Assembly: GCA_963774325.1 (NCBI GenBank)
Contig: CAVZEF010000002.1
Location: 108 to 64,107, forward strand
DNA length: 64,000 bases
DNA from: an uncultured Pseudomonadota bacterium
GTDB taxonomy: Bacteria > Myxococcota_A > Polyangia > Fen-1088
Reading direction: 5' to 3'
Shown: positions 59,385 to 64,000 of the stretch, in pieces
How the letters are laid out: every line of letters starts with the position of its first letter
How positions within the stretch are numbered: position 1 is the first letter of the stretch
Position numbers and translations under genes: made by a program
The notes under the pieces: model-generated
Databases searched by the model: none
What the model saw: the letters and a program-made list of their open reading frames with translations, nothing else
What the model was told of the DNA's origin: nothing

Positions 59385-60842
59385 ATGAAGCAACGTGGTT
59401 TGATTGCACGCGGGTTGCTGCCCTCGTTGCTCGTCGCTGCCGGCTGCGGTGCGAGCGGTCAAAATGAGCCGTCTGATCCGACGGTGGCTCCGTTCAATGT
59501 GGGCGTGACCATCGATCCCAGCACGCTCTACCAGACCATGGTCGGTTTCGGGGGCGCCGTTGCGTTCGAGATTGGATCGCTCTCCAATCAACCCAACCGC
59601 GCGGACATCTACAATGCGCTGTACCTCGACGGCGGCTTCCAATTGTTGCGCATCGCCAACTGGTATCAAAACAGCCAGGCCGGCGATCCCACCCGCATGG
59701 GCCAGTCCAGCGACCCCAACGACATGGGCGACTTCAACGCGACGGTGTCGGTGGTCACGGACGTCCGCGCGGCGCTGGGACACGACCCGGTGATCCTGAT
59801 GTCGTCGTGGTCGCCGCCGCCGTCGATGAAGAGCATCAACAAGTACCTGGGCGGCACGCTGGGGCAGAGCAACGGCGCCTACCGGTATGCCGACTTCGGG
59901 CAGTGGTGGCGCGCCTCGCTGGACGCGTACGCCGCCGCGGGCGTGGTGCCGGCGTACGTGAGCATCCAGAACGAGCCCGACTTCATGCCGACAGGGAACA
60001 ACGTCTGGTCGGCCTGCCTCATCGACGCGACCGAGGACCTGACCAAGCACGCTGGCTACGGGCCGGCGCTGAGCGCCGTCGCCGGCGCGATCGCCGATCT
60101 GCCGTCGAAACCGACACTGATTGGCCCCGAGGTCTCGGGGATCGGCAACTCGACCATCGAGAACTACTTGCTGGCGCTGCGCGACGCGGGCGATCTCGCC
60201 CAGCTGGGTGGCGTCGCGCACCACCTCTACAACGGCGGAAGCTCGTCGGCGCCGTCGACGTTCAACAGCGGGATGAGCAGCCTGGCCACGGCGGCCGCCG
60301 GCCTCCCCCTGTTTCAAACCGAGTTTGGACCGAACCCGAGCGACATGTTCAACACCGCCTGGCTGATCGACAACGCGGTCACGATGGAAGGTGTCACCGC
60401 GTATTTCTACTGGGATCTGATCTGGGACGAGAGCGCGTCGTCGACCAACCCACAGGGGCTGATCAGCATCGAAACCGCGCCGCCGGCGCGGTGGCAGACG
60501 CCCAAGGGCTACAAGATCAACGACACCTACTACGCCGTCCGCCACTTCGCGAAGTGGATCGACGTCGGATGGCAGCGCGTGGGCGCGACGCCGGACTCGA
60601 CGGTGATTCGCGCGTCGGCGTTCGCGTCGCCCGATGGACAGAGCGTGACGCTGGTGGTGCTCAACACCGACAGCGCCGAGCACACGGTCACGCTCGATCC
60701 CGGCACCTTCGCTTTCGGCACGTCGGCGGTCTATCGCACGTCGGGGACCGACGAGCGCACCGCGCCGCTGGGGCCGCTGCCCGCCGGTAACGTCATCGAC
60801 ATGCCCGGCCGTTCGCTGGCGACGGTCACGCTCACGCCCTGA
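59385..60842 (+). CDS. glycoside hydrolase family 30-like lipoprotein
   Basis: Intact 485-aa ORF with lipobox LVAAGC. It has FGGAVAF, VSIQNEPDF (acid/base Glu) and FQTEFG (nucleophile Glu), followed by a C-terminal beta-sandwich. Confidence 0.7.
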   Translation: MKQRGLIARGLLPSLLVAAGCGASGQNEPSDPTVAPFNVGVTIDPSTLYQTMVGFGGAVAFEIGSLSNQPNRADIYNALYLDGGFQLLRIANWYQNSQAGDPTRMGQSSDPNDMGDFNATVSVVTDVRAALGHDPVILMSSWSPPPSMKSINKYLGGTLGQSNGAYRYADFGQWWRASLDAYAAAGVVPAYVSIQNEPDFMPTGNNVWSACLIDATEDLTKHAGYGPALSAVAGAIADLPSKPTLIGPEVSGIGNSTIENYLLALRDAGDLAQLGGVAHHLYNGGSSSAPSTFNSGMSSLATAAAGLPLFQTEFGPNPSDMFNTAWLIDNAVTMEGVTAYFYWDLIWDESASSTNPQGLISIETAPPARWQTPKGYKINDTYYAVRHFAKWIDVGWQRVGATPDSTVIRASAFASPDGQSVTLVVLNTDSAEHTVTLDPGTFAFGTSAVYRTSGTDERTAPLGPLPAGNVIDMPGRSLATVTLTP

Positions 60843-60864
60843 CGTCCCGGCCCCCGACCGCGCA

Positions 60865-61782
60865 CTACTGCGTGACGAACTTGACGTCGTCGATGCGGAT
60901 CTCGACGGTGCAGCCGATTTGCATGCCACCGTCGGGGTCGAGCGGCGGAGCCGAGTTCGCCTGCCACTGAATGCCCACCAGCTGCGACGCCATCGGAGCG
61001 ACCGACGGATTGTGCGAGAAGTCCGTGAACGGCACGGTGATCGTCATCGCCGTGGCCGTCGGAACCGCGAGGTTCGTCGCGGCGGGGAAGGCGTAGCACG
61101 AGCCGGCGGTCGTATCGCACTTGCCGCCGGTCGGGTTGGTCTGCGTCGTCGGCCGTTGCTCCTGCGTCTGCAGCTGCACCTGCCAGACGCAACCATCCAG
61201 GCTGCCCGACGTGATCGAGGCGCTGAACTGAAGCGCGTTGTACGTCGACGCATCGACGCAGGACGCGAAGGAGATGCCGGCGCCCGCGTAGCTGCCCGGC
61301 GCCACGCCCAGGGTCAGCTTGAGGTTGCGCGCGGCCGTGTCGACGCTCGCCATGCCGAGGGGCGCTGGTCCCGCGTCGGTGGTCGAGACGCCGGCAAAGC
61401 CGAACGGACTGCCGCTGAGGCCGCTCGAATCACAGTACTTCCCGCTGGCGGTGCTCCACTGCATCGCCGAAAAATCAGTGACCACACCGTCGCCCAGCGT
61501 GAGGGGAGCCGTGCAGTCGAGGTTGCCGCCGAGCGGACACGAGTTCACGACGACGCCGCCAGTGCCGCCACCGGTCATGCCTCCGCTGCCGCCGCCGGTG
61601 GTTCCGCCCAATCCGGGCGTGGTCGAGCCGCCGAAGCCGGTGGTGCCGCCCGCTCCCGGGCGCGGGCCGCCGCTCGACCCACCGCAGTTGGTCGCCACGG
61701 CCAGGGCGGCCAGCCCGCCCGACACGGCCACGAACATCGAGACCCTCAAAAGACCGGTCAATGGCGTTTTCATCGGCGTCAT
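60865..61782 (-). CDS. hypothetical lipoprotein with a Gly-rich linker and a carbohydrate-binding-module-like domain
   Basis: ATG 61782 (or 61773) lies within ORF 60865..62220. The signal and lipobox are LAALAVATNC. A GGxTGG linker is followed by a beta-rich Cys-containing domain ending IRIDDVKFVTQ. The neighbourhood is glycoside hydrolases. Confidence 0.5.
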   Translation of the reverse strand: MTPMKTPLTGLLRVSMFVAVSGGLAALAVATNCGGSSGGPRPGAGGTTGFGGSTTPGLGGTTGGGSGGMTGGGTGGVVVNSCPLGGNLDCTAPLTLGDGVVTDFSAMQWSTASGKYCDSSGLSGSPFGFAGVSTTDAGPAPLGMASVDTAARNLKLTLGVAPGSYAGAGISFASCVDASTYNALQFSASITSGSLDGCVWQVQLQTQEQRPTTQTNPTGGKCDTTAGSCYAFPAATNLAVPTATAMTITVPFTDFSHNPSVAPMASQLVGIQWQANSAPPLDPDGGMQIGCTVEIRIDDVKFVTQ

Positions 61783-61849
61783 CCCTCGTTGCGTGGGTGA
61801 AAACGCATTTCTATCAACATTCCCCGCGCCGAGACAAGTGATCGCGCGG

Positions 61850-63316
61850 TCAGGGCGAACGCCAGAGCACGGCCGTCGCCGCCGATCGAGGCGGCAGAGG
61901 GATCGCGCGCTCGCCGCTCGCACCGCCGGGGTCTTTCCACACGTCGACCCAGACTTTGGAGCTCCCGGGCCGAAACGTCGTGACGTAGGCGGCAGAACGC
62001 GCGAAGGCGAAGCCGCCGGCGTCGAGGCGGACGCTCGCCGGCGCGGCCCCGGTGTTGAGCACGACGATCGTGAGCTGATCGCCCGACGGCGATTCATAGG
62101 CCGACGCACGGATGGCCGCGTGATCCGCGCGGGCGCCGATCCGGACGAAGCCGGGGTCGGTGAAACGCGCGTAGTGCTTGAGCGCGTAGTACTGGTCGCG
62201 CGCGTGGTAGTTCCCGTCATTGACGGAAACCAGCCCGCCGCGGCCGGTCCAGATCAAGTCCCAGTACAAAAAGGCGACCACCCCCTCTTCGACGAGCGAG
62301 TTGTGGATCAACCACGCGGTCTCGAAGCCGCCGTCGATTCCGCGATCCTCGTCGGTCTGAAACTCGGTCTGGTAGAGGGGCTTCCGGGTTGCGGCGGCGG
62401 CCGCCTGCATCTCGTCGATGAAGCTGTCGGGACCCGGATTGCGCCAGTCCCAGATATTGTCGGGCCCGCGTTCGTAAAGATGGTGCGCCACGCCGTCGAC
62501 CAGGTTCATGTCCATGTGGTCGAGGTACTTCTGCAAGAGGCCCCAGTGAATCCCCAGCACCTCGGGCGCGAGCAGTCGCGGCCGCTTCGGGAAGCCAACC
62601 AGGCGCGCGTGGACGGCGGCGAGCGCGCGATCGAAGCCAGGGTACTGGGCGCTCTCGACCGGATCGAACTTGCAGCCTTCCCAGGACGGTGGGATGAACG
62701 ACAGCTCGTTCTCCAGCGTGATGTAGTCGGGCACGATCCCCAGCGTGGCGTAGTGGCGCAACGAATCGATCCAGTACGCGGCGAACTTGTCGTAGACGAA
62801 CTGTCCGTTTTCGCGCGCGAGCGTGCAATCGAGGTTGTTGTTGCAGTCCTCGCGGTGATCCGCCTTGAGCGGCGCCGGCGGCGACCAGGACGACAGCATG
62901 ATCTTGGGCGCGTGCCCGAGCGCCTGGGTTGCGCGGCGCAGGATCTCCACTTCTTGCGACAGATTGCCGTCTTCGGGCTTGCTGCGTTGGTAGCGATTGC
63001 GAAAGCGCAGGATGTCCAGCCCCAATTCGGGAAAGATGAGGTCGTAAATCCCTGCCGGCGGATTGCCGGTCACCTTTTCCAGGTGCCAGGCCAAAGACGC
63101 GCCGAACCCCTCCAGCGTCTGGTGCCGTTCGCCGGGGGCAACCTGAACCGATGCTGAAATCGTGCTCGCACCGTGATCAGCAGCGGTATTTGCGGGAATG
63201 CGCGTCTCACTGCGCCGAATACATCCGGGTGCGAGGGCTCCCGTGACACCCATCGCGAAGGCGACGGCCATCGCGCAGGCGAACGCGACCATCGATCGGA
63301 CAGGCGCGCGCTTCAT
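61850..63316 (-). CDS. glycoside hydrolase family 30-like lipoprotein (second copy)
   Basis: ATG 63316 lies within ORF 61850..63424. The lipobox is ALAPGC. It has EGFGASLAW, ITLENELSF and YQTEFQ, and is clearly paralogous to 59385..60842 (WSPP, VAHHLY, YWDLIW). Confidence 0.7.
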   Translation of the reverse strand: MKRAPVRSMVAFACAMAVAFAMGVTGALAPGCIRRSETRIPANTAADHGASTISASVQVAPGERHQTLEGFGASLAWHLEKVTGNPPAGIYDLIFPELGLDILRFRNRYQRSKPEDGNLSQEVEILRRATQALGHAPKIMLSSWSPPAPLKADHREDCNNNLDCTLARENGQFVYDKFAAYWIDSLRHYATLGIVPDYITLENELSFIPPSWEGCKFDPVESAQYPGFDRALAAVHARLVGFPKRPRLLAPEVLGIHWGLLQKYLDHMDMNLVDGVAHHLYERGPDNIWDWRNPGPDSFIDEMQAAAAATRKPLYQTEFQTDEDRGIDGGFETAWLIHNSLVEEGVVAFLYWDLIWTGRGGLVSVNDGNYHARDQYYALKHYARFTDPGFVRIGARADHAAIRASAYESPSGDQLTIVVLNTGAAPASVRLDAGGFAFARSAAYVTTFRPGSSKVWVDVWKDPGGASGERAIPLPPRSAATAVLWRSP

Positions 63317-63422
63317 TGCTGGGCATTTATCCCGTGCAGCCGCCCGTCGACAAGCAGATTGTCGCGCGCGTGAGCCATGAGGCTTGACCCCAAACAACCC
63401 GGATGGGAAGCTGCGCTCGCTC

Positions 63423-64000
63423 ATGAATCAAGGTCGCCGCCCGATGCACGCGCGGGCTCGCGCGTCGGTCTCAGGCGCCTCCTTCCACGCGGCGGTGTCG
63501 GCCGTCGCCGTCGCCGGGCTGAGCGTCGGTTGCATCCCCACGGCGCCCCGTCCCGACGGCGGCGTGGTGCCGGTGAATCCAAGCTTCGAGGTCCGGCTTG
63601 GCGATTGCGCCACGGCAGAGGCGGGACTGGAGTTCGCGCCGTTCGTGATCGACGACTTCGAGGCGGGGCACGAAACATTCCTGTACACGTACACCGACAA
63701 CACGTCGGTGATTGTACCGAGCGGCTATGAGCAGCCCACCGAGCCGGGAAAGCATTGCACCTCGGATCCGGGCAACAGCGTCTATCACGAGCGGGGTGGA
63801 CCATTCCTGGGCTGGGGTGGTGGCCTGGGCGTTGGCATGCAGCACCTCGTGCAGAAGTACTGCGTTGGTTCACCGCTGCCCGACTACTGCGTTCCGCCGG
63901 GCGCCGAGCCCGAGGTCACCGGACTCTACCTGGACGCCAGTCAATGGGACGGCGTCGCCGTCTGGGCGCGCCGCGGGGCGGGCGGCCAGCCGCTGCTGCG
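63423..64000 (+). CDS. hypothetical lipoprotein, 3' end beyond the window
   Basis: ATG 63423 opens a frame with no stop to the window end, so it is absent from the ORF track. It reads MNQGRRPMHARARASVSGASFHAAVSAVAVAGLSVGC (lipobox) then ...FVIDDFEAGHETFLYTYTDNTS...GWGGGLGVGMQH. The codons are GC3-rich. Confidence 0.5.
   Translation, partial: MNQGRRPMHARARASVSGASFHAAVSAVAVAGLSVGCIPTAPRPDGGVVPVNPSFEVRLGDCATAEAGLEFAPFVIDDFEAGHETFLYTYTDNTSVIVPSGYEQPTEPGKHCTSDPGNSVYHERGGPFLGWGGGLGVGMQHLVQKYCVGSPLPDYCVPPGAEPEVTGLYLDASQWDGVAVWARRGAGGQPLL

Noticed and set aside
1-64000. A search for mobile elements, integrases, toxin-antitoxin pairs, restriction-modification or other classic defence genes flanking the T6SS.
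   Set aside because: I found no transposase or integrase motifs, no terminal inverted repeats, no tRNA attachment site and no abrupt compositional change. The locus looks chromosomal rather than part of a recently acquired island.

Overview
This is a very GC-rich bacterial chromosome segment; third codon positions are almost always G or C. The gene content (several Ser/Thr kinases, FHA proteins, many Cys-lipobox lipoproteins, plant-polysaccharide hydrolases) suggests a myxobacterium-like organism, but that is inference only.

The window falls into three blocks:
- **1-12.2 kb, accessory genes.** An ECF sigma / anti-sigma / caspase-repeat operon, a GH28 polygalacturonase, a Cys-less DksA-like protein, an M20 peptidase and a membrane Ser/Thr kinase.
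- **12.3-44.2 kb, type VI secretion system (T6SS).** The full core set is present: tssJ-K-L-M-tagF on the + strand and tssA-B-C-hcp-tagJ-tssE-F-G-clpV on the - strand. The two blocks are separated by a ~5 kb non-T6SS island. Flanking them are an unusual FHA / vWA / zinc-ribbon signalling module and a multidomain peptidoglycan hydrolase. I found no vgrG or PAAR gene.
- **44.2-64 kb, pectin and hemicellulose utilisation.** PL1 pectate lyase, kdgK, eda, GH3, a sugar ABC transporter, GH44, two GH30 enzymes and CBM-like lipoproteins, interrupted by a second kinase.

I saw no rRNA, tRNA, CRISPR array, transposase or integrase.

About 70 or more single-base indels, almost all +1 insertions, interrupt roughly two dozen genes between 1 and 48.7 kb, while 49.4-64 kb is clean. 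I therefore report full-length gene spans reconstructed across reading frames. The type 'pseudogene' here means 'reading frame disrupted as assembled'. Assembly error is at least as likely as real gene decay.

All family calls come from motif recognition by eye. No database search was run.
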